Origin: Acutalibacteraceae bacterium
Lineage (GTDB): Bacteria > Bacillota > Clostridia > Oscillospirales > Acutalibacteraceae
Direction of reading: 5' to 3'
Assembly (NCBI GenBank): GCA_045539925.1
Contig: JAZQGH010000121.1
Span: 8,572-72,571 of the forward strand
DNA: 64,000 nt
Each line of letters starts with the position of its first letter. The stretch's first letter is position 1. Shown here piece after piece: positions 19,051 through 28,313 of the stretch. A program made the translations under genes and the position numbers. The notes beneath the pieces were generated by a model that worked only from the letters and a program-made list of their open reading frames with translations, was not told the DNA's origin and searched no databases.

Positions 19051-20733
19051 TTATAAACTCTTCTTTATTCTGACAGTTACCGTTGTTCCCTCTCCAACGA
19101 CCGATTTAACGTTCAAGCCATAGCCATCGCCATATTCAAGACGGATACGTTCATTTACGTTATACAAGCCATAGCCGCCGGAGTTTTGTTTTTTCGGCTT
19201 CAGCCAAAAATTCTCTTCAACCTCAAAGCCACCGCCGTTATCCGAAACGTCAATCAAAACATCTTCTCCATCGGTATACGCCTTGATGTTTATTGTTCCG
19301 ACGCCTTCCTTGCCTGCAAATCCGTGCTTGATACAGTTTTCAACTATTGGTTGCAAAATAAGCTTAATTACCTTATAGTTTTCCGTTCCGTCCCTCAAAT
19401 CACACTGATAGTTGATCGTGTTGGGGAAACGTATTTTTTCAATTTCAAGAAAATGCTCGATAAGCTCGGTTTCTTCCACTATGTAGATGTATTTATCACC
19501 CTTATGCAAGCTTAAGCGGAAAAATTTTGCAAGGTTGATGGTAAGCTTTTCAATTTCCGGCTGCTTTTTAATCTTTGCCATCCAGGTAATTGCATCGAGT
19601 GTGTTATACAAAAAGTGGGGATTGATTTGCATTTGGAGAGCATCTATCTCAAGCTTTCGCTGTGTCTCCATATTCTGCTTGTTCTGATCCATAAGCTGAT
19701 AGAGTCTGCTCAGCATCTGATCGTAGCTTTTTTCAAGCTCGTAAAGCTCATCACCGTCCTCGCCGATAGAGAGGGGATTGGATGCTCTTTTTTTGAAATC
19801 AATGGCAGAGATCTTCCTTGAGAGCTTGTTGATAGGAGCAATGGTTCTATGCGAGATTATCAGCGAAACGATCAACACGAGAACAAAGCAAACGGCCGCA
19901 ACGCCAACCAAAATCCACTTCAGCGTAGTGTAGCTCTGCGTGAACTCCTCGTAGTCAAGCTGCGTCACCATATACCAGTCAAGCCCATAGTTATCCTGAA
20001 TCGCGGTAGCTATAATCAGATATTCCTTACCGTCAATCCTTGCTCTGTATATGTTATTGTCATCTAAAGCATATTTACTGCTCTCAAGTATGCTTTTGCC
20101 AATGTCCTCGCCGTCGGATTTAGCCAAAATGCTGAAATCGGGTGAAAGAAGCATAGTTTCACCAAATTCAAACCGATTTTTTTCAAAAACAGAGGCAAGC
20201 TCTTTCGTTGAAAGATAGAAAACGAAATAACAATCCTGCTTTGAAAACGAAGCACCCTGAAGCCTTCTGCCAATCTCAACGTACCCTGCTCTGCTATTAA
20301 TATTTCCCATCACAAGCGATTCGTCAGAGCTTTTCAGTGCTTCTCCAACGTACATTGACGGCAGGTCAAATCCCTCTTTTTGCAAAAAGCAGCTTCCGTT
20401 CACGACCAAGGCGGCGTTCAGATAGTCGTCTGACAAATAGGCTTCCTCCAGGATCTCAACAAAAAGCTCCTGCTTCTGATCATAGGGTATATCGGTAAAC
20501 AATTTTTGAAATTTGTCATTCTTGGTTATTCTTGTGTAGCCATAATTGACCTCGTTCAGCATATCAACAAGCTCGGCACCAACCAATTTATGTCTGTTCA
20601 GCACATCGTTATTCGCATATCCCTGAACATAGGTACTTGCCACCACCTGCACCACGATAAGCATTACCGCAAGTAAAACCAAAAGCACAGATAAAAATAT
20701 TATCGTTATTTTTCTATTAAGACTTTTTTTCAT
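19051..20733 (-). CDS. sensor histidine kinase, YesM/LytS-type
   Basis: Two TM segments flank a periplasmic domain. His_kinase motif QINPHFLYNTLD. HATPase_c G-boxes (DNGGGF, GGYGLYNV). Confidence 0.9.
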   Translation of the reverse strand: MKKSLNRKITIIFLSVLLVLLAVMLIVVQVVASTYVQGYANNDVLNRHKLVGAELVDMLNEVNYGYTRITKNDKFQKLFTDIPYDQKQELFVEILEEAYLSDDYLNAALVVNGSCFLQKEGFDLPSMYVGEALKSSDESLVMGNINSRAGYVEIGRRLQGASFSKQDCYFVFYLSTKELASVFEKNRFEFGETMLLSPDFSILAKSDGEDIGKSILESSKYALDDNNIYRARIDGKEYLIIATAIQDNYGLDWYMVTQLDYEEFTQSYTTLKWILVGVAAVCFVLVLIVSLIISHRTIAPINKLSRKISAIDFKKRASNPLSIGEDGDELYELEKSYDQMLSRLYQLMDQNKQNMETQRKLEIDALQMQINPHFLYNTLDAITWMAKIKKQPEIEKLTINLAKFFRLSLHKGDKYIYIVEETELIEHFLEIEKIRFPNTINYQCDLRDGTENYKVIKLILQPIVENCIKHGFAGKEGVGTINIKAYTDGEDVLIDVSDNGGGFEVEENFWLKPKKQNSGGYGLYNVNERIRLEYGDGYGLNVKSVVGEGTTVTVRIKKSL

Positions 20734-21967
20734 GGTGTCTTCTCACGTACTCACTGGGGGTACAGCCCTCATATTTTCTAAACACCTGGCCAAAATATTT
20801 CATATCCAAATATCCAACCATTTCGGTAATTTCATACACCTTATATTCCTGCTCAAGCAACAGTCGCTTTGCCATCATAAGTCTGTATTCCGTCAGGCAG
20901 GTATTAAAGGTTTTACCAAGTTCCTTCTTGAATAGATGCATCAGATAGCTCTCGGATACGTATAAATAGTCTGCAACCGTCTTTATTTTAAGCTGATTAT
21001 CCTGATAATGCTCTGCAATATACTGAAGTGCATCCACAATATGCTTTTTATACATTTTTGTGTTTTCGGAGTCATTTTGCTCAACGTAAATGCTGTTTAT
21101 TGAATAGAGTCTGTTTGTCGCCATGAATTTTGCAGCACCAAAGGCCTTCGTTATATCGTGAATGCTCTCAAAAATTGCACTGATGCCGATCGAAATCACA
21201 ACAGAGCATTGCTTTTCATATTCACAAAGCATATAGGTAAGCAGCTTTTCAAGCGTTTCAACCTCTGAAAATTCACAGGCAAAACAAATACGTTTGTCGT
21301 TTAATGAATAGAAGGCTCTGTTGTTTTTCAGTACCGACAGCACTCCGTTTTTGATAATCTCCAGCGAGGCCTGAATGTTTTTCTCGCTTTCAAATTCGTT
21401 GCCGGCGGTTGAGCCGTTTACCTTACAATAAACAACAATACCGTTTTCTATGATCGGAATATCGTAGAGCCGCATTTTCTTTATGAACTCTGCATCAATT
21501 TTGCTGCCGTGGAAGATGCTGTCTACAATGCTGTTTTTGATAATTGGAATACCAACGTCAAAATCGGAGAGAAACATATCCATCTTGCGACGCTTTGCAA
21601 GCTTTTCCTTTGCCTTCAGCACCACCTCTATCAGCTCTTCGTTGTCAATCGGCTTCAGCAAATACTTGAAAACTCCCTTTTCAAGCGTTCCCTTAGCATA
21701 CTCAAAATTATCATATCCGGACAAAATGATAATGATTCCGTCATAATTCCTGTTATATAATTCACCCGCAAGTGCAATGCCATCCATTTGTGGCATTTTT
21801 ACATCGCTGATTATTATATCGGGCTTCAATTTTTCAATTTTGTTGAGGGCGTCCAAGCCATTCACCGCGGTATCAACAATTTCAATATCGTAGTTATTCC
21901 ATTCAATGGTTTCCGAAATACCCATTCTTACAATGTATTCGTCATCCACTATAAGCATCTTGTACAT
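20717..21967 (-). CDS. response regulator with AraC-type HTH output (YesN-like)
   Basis: REC domain (LIVDDE...D...K). C-terminal AraC HTH (YLMHLFKKELGKTF...EITEMVGYLDMKYFGQVFRKYEGCTPSEY). Start at MYKML with a GGAGGG RBS. The first ATG overlaps the RBS. Confidence 0.85.
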   Translation of the reverse strand: MYKMLIVDDEYIVRMGISETIEWNNYDIEIVDTAVNGLDALNKIEKLKPDIIISDVKMPQMDGIALAGELYNRNYDGIIIILSGYDNFEYAKGTLEKGVFKYLLKPIDNEELIEVVLKAKEKLAKRRKMDMFLSDFDVGIPIIKNSIVDSIFHGSKIDAEFIKKMRLYDIPIIENGIVVYCKVNGSTAGNEFESEKNIQASLEIIKNGVLSVLKNNRAFYSLNDKRICFACEFSEVETLEKLLTYMLCEYEKQCSVVISIGISAIFESIHDITKAFGAAKFMATNRLYSINSIYVEQNDSENTKMYKKHIVDALQYIAEHYQDNQLKIKTVADYLYVSESYLMHLFKKELGKTFNTCLTEYRLMMAKRLLLEQEYKVYEITEMVGYLDMKYFGQVFRKYEGCTPSEYVRRHHEKKS

Positions 21968-22051
21968 AATACCCTCCAAAAATTGCAGATTGACTGCAAG
22001 CCTAACTATATTTTACTTCAAATTGACCCTTCTGTCAATAGACATATAAAA

Positions 22052-22085
22052 TAAAAAAAGAGGAGCACCGAGGTGCTCCTCTCTG
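22052..22085 (-). terminator. rho-independent terminator downstream of the 1119-aa surface protein gene
   Basis: Minus-strand hairpin AGAGGAGCACC-tcg-GGTGCTCCTCT followed by TTTTTTTATTTT. Confidence 0.65.
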
Positions 22086-22097
22086 GAATTTATTCAA

Positions 22098-25000
22098 TTA
22101 CTGCTTCTTTGTGAAGAGATTCTTGAAGAAGTTGCCGATCATCTTGAAGAAATCGGTGATTGCCTTCCAGATCTTCTGGAAGAAGTTGAGCTCGGGCTCA
22201 GGCTGCTCGGGCTGCTCGTCATCAGGCTGCTCGCCGTCATCGGGAGTCTCGCCCTCGCCAGGCTTGTCGTCGCCACCGGGAGTTTCATTCTCACCGGGCT
22301 TGTCGTCGTCGGGATTTTCGTCGTCGGGCTTGTCGTCACCGGGAGGTGTCGTCATCTGGAAATCACACGCATCGCACTTGCCATCGTTGTTTCCATCAAC
22401 GTGCTCACAGGTTACTACAACAGATACAACCTCTTCTCTTTCGTTAATACCATCGCTGGCAATGATCTTTACGCTATAAGTACCAACCTTGGAAGCCACG
22501 AACTTGCCATCGGAAACCTCAACAGCCTCAGTGCCGAAGGTTACTTCGAATCTGATGGTTACGTCGCCGCCGTAGTTATCGGTAGCAGTTGCGGAAAGAA
22601 TGATCTCGTCGCCAAGCTTAGCAGAATCTGCTATGCCCTCGGAAATTACGGGTGCACAGTCATCATTCTCGGGAAGAACGATATCCTCATATCCTATCAA
22701 TTCCTTTGCGAACTTAGCAGATGTGATCTTAAGCACGTCGCCTGCTGCTGCAAAGTCGTTATGAACGTGGATGTCGCCCAAGGTGCCAACGATACCGGAC
22801 TTTTCAAGATCGATTACAAGGATCTGCTTTCCGGAGGTAGCAAACAAATTGCCATCTCTATCTCTGAGAGAGCCTGCATCGTTCTGCTCTACCCAGAATA
22901 TACCGATACCACCAAACTCTATACGAAGCTTGCTGATGTCACCCTCAACCTCAAGGATAAGGTAATCATATCCGTTACCAAGAGAGCCGTTGATCCAGCC
23001 AATGTAAGAGTATCCTGCAGCGCCTGCGGTTACTTCCTTACCGGGGAAATCATCTGCAAGAATTTCATCGGATTTAGCAAGCTCTTCTTCAGGCTCCTTT
23101 GCAAACTTAGCAGATGTGATCTTAAGCACGTCGCCTGCTGCTGCAAATTCGTTATGAACGTGGATGTCGCCCAAGGTGCCAACTATACCGGACTTTTCAA
23201 GATCGATTACAAGGATCTGCTTTCCGGAGGTAGCAAACAAATTGCCATCTCTATCTCTGAGAGAGCCTGCATCGTTCTGCTCTACCCAGAATATACCGAT
23301 ACCACCAAACTCCATACGAAGCTTGCTGATGTCACCCTCAACCTCAAGGATAAGGTAATCATATCCGTTACCGGAGGAGCCGTTGATCCAGCCAATGTAA
23401 GAGTATCCTGCAGCGCCTGCGGTTACTTCCTTACCGGGGAAATCATCTGCAAGAATCTCGTCACTGGTCTCAAGGGGAGCGGAAGGATAGTCTGCATATC
23501 TGATGGACTCGATAATGATCTTACCGCCGCCTACTACGGGTGAACCGTGAACGTGGATCTCATTCAAAGCACCTGTAATGCCACTGTTAGCCAGATCGAT
23601 GTAGTAAACCTGGTTTTCGGTGCTCAGAGCGGGCATCCTTCTGCCATAGCTATCAAGGAAGGTGCCTTCAGCGTTATCAGCAAACCAAGTTACCTTTCCG
23701 CCCATTTCAAAGCGTACGTTATCAAGATTTGCGTTACCCTCGCCTCTCATAACGATCTCAATACCTGCGTGCTTCTGACCGTCAAGTCCAACCCAGCCAA
23801 GATACTGATAACCGCCATCAGCGTCATTAACAACGATCTCCTGAGGAGCTGCAAGAATGTTTTCGCCAAGCTCACCGGCCTCAATTACGGGATGAGCATA
23901 GAAGATCTCGTCGATAAGAACCTGACCTTCACCGGAAATGTACATATCAACACCGGAAATATATCTTTCGCCAAAGGTCTTTTCAAGGTCAATTACAAGG
24001 TAATTGTAGCCGTTTGTACCAAGATAGGGGTTAGCATCAGACAAGGAAGGAAGTCCTGTACCTACTAACAGCTGGTTTGCATACTTAATGCCAACGCCTG
24101 TATCACCGTCGGTCTTCAGTACGTCGAAACGGAAATCATTAAGTGTTGCACCGTTTTCAAGCTTGTACTTGATTACGAGGTACTGCTTACCCTCGCTTGC
24201 TACCTTAGAACGGATCTTAATGCTTGTAAACGCTTCGCCCTGAGCGTCGAGTACAAGGTGACCGTCCTTGATAACGTTATTCTTTGTGGAATAGGACAGA
24301 ATATAATCACAGTTGAATGCCGCACTATCGGTTACTGCCTTATCGTAGTCAGGTCCCGCAGTCAGATATTCAAAGTTGAACTGCGACATATATGTAATGC
24401 TCTCTGTATCGAGCACGGGGAAATACTTATCAGGCTGGATGCTATCCAGGTTTGTGAAGAACGCTCCTGCTACAAGTACGTTGCCCGAAATCTCTACGCC
24501 CTTGATCTTCTTTGCACCAAGGCTTTCAAGAGAAATAACTGCATTGCGGAAATTGACATCAAGAGCTGCTACGGGTGTACCTGCCAGATCGGTAAGCTCA
24601 TTCCAGGATTTAGCCGCTCCAACACTTCCATCCTCCAGAATAGGAGCAACGCTTGCATTCTCACCTGCAACGTTGAGTACGATTGCACCGTACTTTTCAT
24701 CAAGGTTATTGTGTGCTGCATCGTCACTTGCGATGGAAATCTTATCTGTTACTGCATAGTGCTTGGGAACATTGACGAACGTGCCTGCCTCGCCACCGTT
24801 CCACCATGCTTCGTTAACGGTATCAAAGTCTAATACAACAGTTTCATTCGAGCCGGTAGTAACAGATACCTTACGGATATCAAGCTTACCTGCTACGGTG
24901 CTGTCTGCTGTGTATAAGTGGAAGGCCAGCATAGCATCGGGTGCTGTCGAGTCAAAAGCCTTGCCGGAAACCTTCACCTCGGTCGAAGCAAAGTCAATGG

Positions 25001-25457
25001 ACAATACTGCAAACTCAGAACCGATGTCCTCTCCAGAGGAGAAGGATATACCACCGATAATATCCTCGTGTGACAAAACGTAGCTGTTAGCTGCTGCAAT
25101 ATCATCCGAATCGGCAGTTCTGAGGCCGATCTTCAGATCCTCAAGCTTTATGCTGCCATCGGGGCTACGCAATTCAATGTTGAGTGTTTCAAATCCTGCT
25201 GAAATCTTAGGACTACCAACCTTGAAAATGGGGTCGGTAACATCATCACATTGTCCTGCTGACCAGCTGATTGAACGATAAGCTCTTTCCGAGCCTGCTC
25301 CTGCACCGGCATCGAGCAGTCTGTCAAATGCTTCGTTAAAATCTCTTGTCTGAGGCTCAGCATCAGCAAAGCTGACGGTGGGAATCATACAAAGAATCAT
25401 AGAAGCAAGCAACAATACTACGGTAATGCAAGCAATTTTACGATTTTGTTTTCTCAT
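22098..25457 (-). CDS. secreted 1119-aa repeat protein (signal peptide, at least five ~130-aa beta-rich modules, Ig-like domain, acidic Pro-rich linker, C-terminal amphipathic helix)
   Basis: N-terminal signal peptide. Recurring module pattern Y.Y.GW......YL.IE..G......EFGG....W....G........F......Q.L.IDL..SGI.G.L..IHVH. Ends in NFFQKIWKAITDFFKMIGNFFKNLFTKKQ. No LPXTG. Confidence 0.75.
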   Translation of the reverse strand: MRKQNRKIACITVVLLLASMILCMIPTVSFADAEPQTRDFNEAFDRLLDAGAGAGSERAYRSISWSAGQCDDVTDPIFKVGSPKISAGFETLNIELRSPDGSIKLEDLKIGLRTADSDDIAAANSYVLSHEDIIGGISFSSGEDIGSEFAVLSIDFASTEVKVSGKAFDSTAPDAMLAFHLYTADSTVAGKLDIRKVSVTTGSNETVVLDFDTVNEAWWNGGEAGTFVNVPKHYAVTDKISIASDDAAHNNLDEKYGAIVLNVAGENASVAPILEDGSVGAAKSWNELTDLAGTPVAALDVNFRNAVISLESLGAKKIKGVEISGNVLVAGAFFTNLDSIQPDKYFPVLDTESITYMSQFNFEYLTAGPDYDKAVTDSAAFNCDYILSYSTKNNVIKDGHLVLDAQGEAFTSIKIRSKVASEGKQYLVIKYKLENGATLNDFRFDVLKTDGDTGVGIKYANQLLVGTGLPSLSDANPYLGTNGYNYLVIDLEKTFGERYISGVDMYISGEGQVLIDEIFYAHPVIEAGELGENILAAPQEIVVNDADGGYQYLGWVGLDGQKHAGIEIVMRGEGNANLDNVRFEMGGKVTWFADNAEGTFLDSYGRRMPALSTENQVYYIDLANSGITGALNEIHVHGSPVVGGGKIIIESIRYADYPSAPLETSDEILADDFPGKEVTAGAAGYSYIGWINGSSGNGYDYLILEVEGDISKLRMEFGGIGIFWVEQNDAGSLRDRDGNLFATSGKQILVIDLEKSGIVGTLGDIHVHNEFAAAGDVLKITSAKFAKEPEEELAKSDEILADDFPGKEVTAGAAGYSYIGWINGSLGNGYDYLILEVEGDISKLRIEFGGIGIFWVEQNDAGSLRDRDGNLFATSGKQILVIDLEKSGIVGTLGDIHVHNDFAAAGDVLKITSAKFAKELIGYEDIVLPENDDCAPVISEGIADSAKLGDEIILSATATDNYGGDVTIRFEVTFGTEAVEVSDGKFVASKVGTYSVKIIASDGINEREEVVSVVVTCEHVDGNNDGKCDACDFQMTTPPGDDKPDDENPDDDKPGENETPGGDDKPGEGETPDDGEQPDDEQPEQPEPELNFFQKIWKAITDFFKMIGNFFKNLFTKKQ
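22705..23458. repeat. near-identical tandem duplication, 2 x 393 bp, inside the surface-protein gene
   Basis: Identical 64-aa spurious ORFs at 22771..22965 and 23164..23358, exactly 393 nt apart. Direct comparison of the 22705-23065 and 23098-23458 stretches shows only a few mismatches. Confidence 0.85.
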
Positions 25458-25489
25458 AGTTCCTCTCCTTCAAATGTATTTTATATTAT

Positions 25490-28162
25490 TTATTCCCCAT
25501 ATACATACAATTCCGATACCTGAGCACCGTAACCCGTACTATTGGAGCTATAAACCAATTTAATGTATTTCATGCTTACTGCCTCGTCTAAAACGATTGC
25601 TACCATATTACCCGCAGACGAATCGAATAAATATGCGGCTTTTTCTACTACGGTAAAGTAGGTAACGCCGTCAATGCTACCCAGAATTTCAATCTCCTGA
25701 GTTCTGTTTTCCCACAGTAAAAGTGGAGGCAGGTGAAGGTTAATGTACTTAACGTTTTCTACATCTCCAAGGTCGATTGCAAATTCTGCCGGGAATACGC
25801 CCTTCTTGGACTCAAAGTAAGTAAGGGTATTACCGTCAATCATATTGGTAATATCGTAAACGTCCTCGTGCTCGGCAACCTCTACAAAGGATTTGCTCGT
25901 TGTCAAGCTGGGTGGATAGAACTCAATTTCGCCAATATTGATCTCTTCGGGATGAGTAAGACTGTTGTTATAGAAGAATCTCAGCTGCAGTCCGTAGTAT
26001 CCGGACTCGCTAAGTCTGATAAGCACGTCATTAAAGTTGCTAGACTGTGGGCTGAGTGCAATATTTGTCTGGGACTGAATACGCTTCCAATCTCCGCCCT
26101 CTGTGTTCTGTGCAAATATGGATACACTGTAATATCTCATAATATTCGAGTCGCTAGAACCCAAAATACGAATATTACCAACCTGTGTGGGCTTTCCGAA
26201 TTCAAAGCTGATAGCTACAAACTGCTTATCAACCGATACATCCCACTCGTTGAATTGCCATTCGGTGGTTCTGTCGCCATCAAGAAGATTGGCAACTCCC
26301 TTTCCCTCGGCCTCGGGTATGCTTCCATCGTTCCAAGGCGAATTTGCTCTGTCGCCGTGTCCGAAGGTTGCGCTGATGCTTGTATTGGTTGTGTCAACCT
26401 TCTGACCTGCATAAGGCGGGTCGTTGTTGAGTACACCGAAATCGGGAATTACCAGGCCATCCTGCTTTATACTCGGAACAACCGTGATGCTGGGTGTTTC
26501 CCCTTCGGTAATCTTCAATTCATAAGGTAAAACTACCGTCGCGCCCGAGCACTCGCCCTGTGCGTAGGTTATATTGCTTGTATAAACACCGGGAATCAAG
26601 CCGATCTGATCAAGAGATTTTATCTGCTTACCCTCAACCTTTACTCCGGAAATTGAAACTCCGTTTACATCGCTTGATGCTCCCTCACCAAATACTCTGC
26701 ACTTAATTGTATCAGCCATATTAAGCACGTTGATGTTTGAGAAGGTGACGTTTGAAATCTTGCCGCGAACACCACCCGATTGTGTCCACTCGGTGTTGAA
26801 TGCGATCGTTATGTCAATAAGAAAATCGTTTTCACCGTCAAGCTGATTGTCTCCAAGCATTTGAGCATCCTCAATGGTGATGTTCTGATACTTAACGTTA
26901 CTGATATTTGCATTGTCTGCATTGTGAATGGACATTGCTGCCTTATGGAAGTTATGGAAAACTGTGATGTTTCTGAACGTAATATCGGTCATTGACGAGC
27001 CATAGGTTTCATAACCTACTTCCATGCTCTGAGCCAGATCGGTCCATACATAAACGCTGTCAAACGTAACGTTCGAGGTGCTGAAGCCGTCTACGTTCTT
27101 TACTACAAGGCTATCGTCCCATGTACGAACGAATCCACCCTTTACAAATACGTTTTCACAGGACTGAACCGAGATTCCGTCGCCGTTTGAACGGGCGGTA
27201 ACGATCTTCAGGTTTTCAATATATACGTCGTTGCAGCAGTAAAGTGTAACTGCCCAACCCGCAGGGTCTAAAATAGCGATATCCTTAATGATTACGTCGG
27301 AGCAGTTCTGAAGCTCGATAGGAAGTGTAAATTCACTCGCCTTTGTTCTGTCGAACAATTCTCCTGCAAGTATTCCTCTTCCCCTGATGGTAAGATTCTT
27401 TACGTTTGCAGTACGGATCTGTCCATATACGACCGCACCGCCTGCAAGATATACCGTGGTGTTATCCTCATAAACGGGAAGTGCGTTTGCCATCCACACG
27501 CCGGGGCCAACGTATACTGTGTTCTCAGGCAGGTTATTAGGGTCGATCGGGTCCTCTTCAATGGGGTTTGCAAATATGTGCATTACGTTTTCCGATGCTA
27601 TCGGACTGCTCTCGGTTGCATATTCCACAACGTAGTTGTCGGTGTAATCAAGAGTGAAGGAAATTTTATTGCCTTCAACCGTCGGAACGATTCCACGAGA
27701 GAGAGGTCTGACCACAACGTCGCTCAGCGAGGCTTCACCATATACCTCGATTTCCACGTTGATTCTACCCTCAAAGTCGAATATTACTACCTGGTTGTAG
27801 TCCTCACTGGGTGTATAGGTAAAGCTACGCATGTGATTTACACGAGTGTCATAAACAAACAGCGACTCGCCGTTTACCTTTACTCCCGCAACCGAGGAAG
27901 TAGTCATAATCTCAGGTCCGTCATAGAGTACGACCTTTGTCTCTTCAACCTTTTTATCGGTGCTTTGAACAGGGGGCACGTCATCTGTGCTGTCATGTCC
28001 CTGGCACTTATCAGCACACGCTTTTTCGGTGCAAGTCTCGTCGGTACAAAGCTGACATTCTTCACAGACACTTTCGCAGGTGTGCACAAACAGATGACAG
28101 GAAGTCAAAGCCAGTGCCAGCAAAGACAGCAAAGCCAATACCGCCAATAGGTTTTTTCTCAT
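25490..28162 (-). CDS. secreted lipoprotein with right-handed beta-helix (pectin-lyase fold) glycosidase-like domain plus two discoidin/F5-8 type C-like domains
   Basis: Lipobox LTSC followed by a Cys-rich segment. Beta-helix signature RSNGDGISVQSCENV...TWDDSLVVKN with stacked NxT/NIT repeats. C-terminal discoidin-like segments (DGDRTTEWQF, MIDGNTLTYFESK). Confidence 0.7.
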   Translation of the reverse strand: MRKNLLAVLALLSLLALALTSCHLFVHTCESVCEECQLCTDETCTEKACADKCQGHDSTDDVPPVQSTDKKVEETKVVLYDGPEIMTTSSVAGVKVNGESLFVYDTRVNHMRSFTYTPSEDYNQVVIFDFEGRINVEIEVYGEASLSDVVVRPLSRGIVPTVEGNKISFTLDYTDNYVVEYATESSPIASENVMHIFANPIEEDPIDPNNLPENTVYVGPGVWMANALPVYEDNTTVYLAGGAVVYGQIRTANVKNLTIRGRGILAGELFDRTKASEFTLPIELQNCSDVIIKDIAILDPAGWAVTLYCCNDVYIENLKIVTARSNGDGISVQSCENVFVKGGFVRTWDDSLVVKNVDGFSTSNVTFDSVYVWTDLAQSMEVGYETYGSSMTDITFRNITVFHNFHKAAMSIHNADNANISNVKYQNITIEDAQMLGDNQLDGENDFLIDITIAFNTEWTQSGGVRGKISNVTFSNINVLNMADTIKCRVFGEGASSDVNGVSISGVKVEGKQIKSLDQIGLIPGVYTSNITYAQGECSGATVVLPYELKITEGETPSITVVPSIKQDGLVIPDFGVLNNDPPYAGQKVDTTNTSISATFGHGDRANSPWNDGSIPEAEGKGVANLLDGDRTTEWQFNEWDVSVDKQFVAISFEFGKPTQVGNIRILGSSDSNIMRYYSVSIFAQNTEGGDWKRIQSQTNIALSPQSSNFNDVLIRLSESGYYGLQLRFFYNNSLTHPEEINIGEIEFYPPSLTTSKSFVEVAEHEDVYDITNMIDGNTLTYFESKKGVFPAEFAIDLGDVENVKYINLHLPPLLLWENRTQEIEILGSIDGVTYFTVVEKAAYLFDSSAGNMVAIVLDEAVSMKYIKLVYSSNSTGYGAQVSELYVYGE

Positions 28163-28313
28163 AGAATTTCCTCCTTACAAATAGGTAGACTTTTGAACAT
28201 ATTGTGAATTATCTATTTTAATGATACAGTCTTTCGTAAAAAAATAAAAGACAACATAACTGCAAAAATGGTTGCAATTCTGCTGTCTTTGTATTTTTTT
28301 CCTGTTTTAGGGG

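Noticed and set aside
22401-23543. 380-aa ORF on the plus strand (and the identical 64-aa ORFs at 22771..22965 and 23164..23358)
   Set aside because: They lie entirely antisense within the 1119-aa surface-protein gene. They have no RBS and a low-complexity Cys/Leu-rich translation. The duplicated small ORFs simply mirror the 393-bp tandem repeat.
28163-28313. Hairpin GACAACAT...CTGCTGTC with a downstream T-run on the plus strand
   Set aside because: Imperfect stem. It lies between two minus-strand genes, where a plus-strand terminator has no gene to serve. More likely promoter-region AT-rich sequence.
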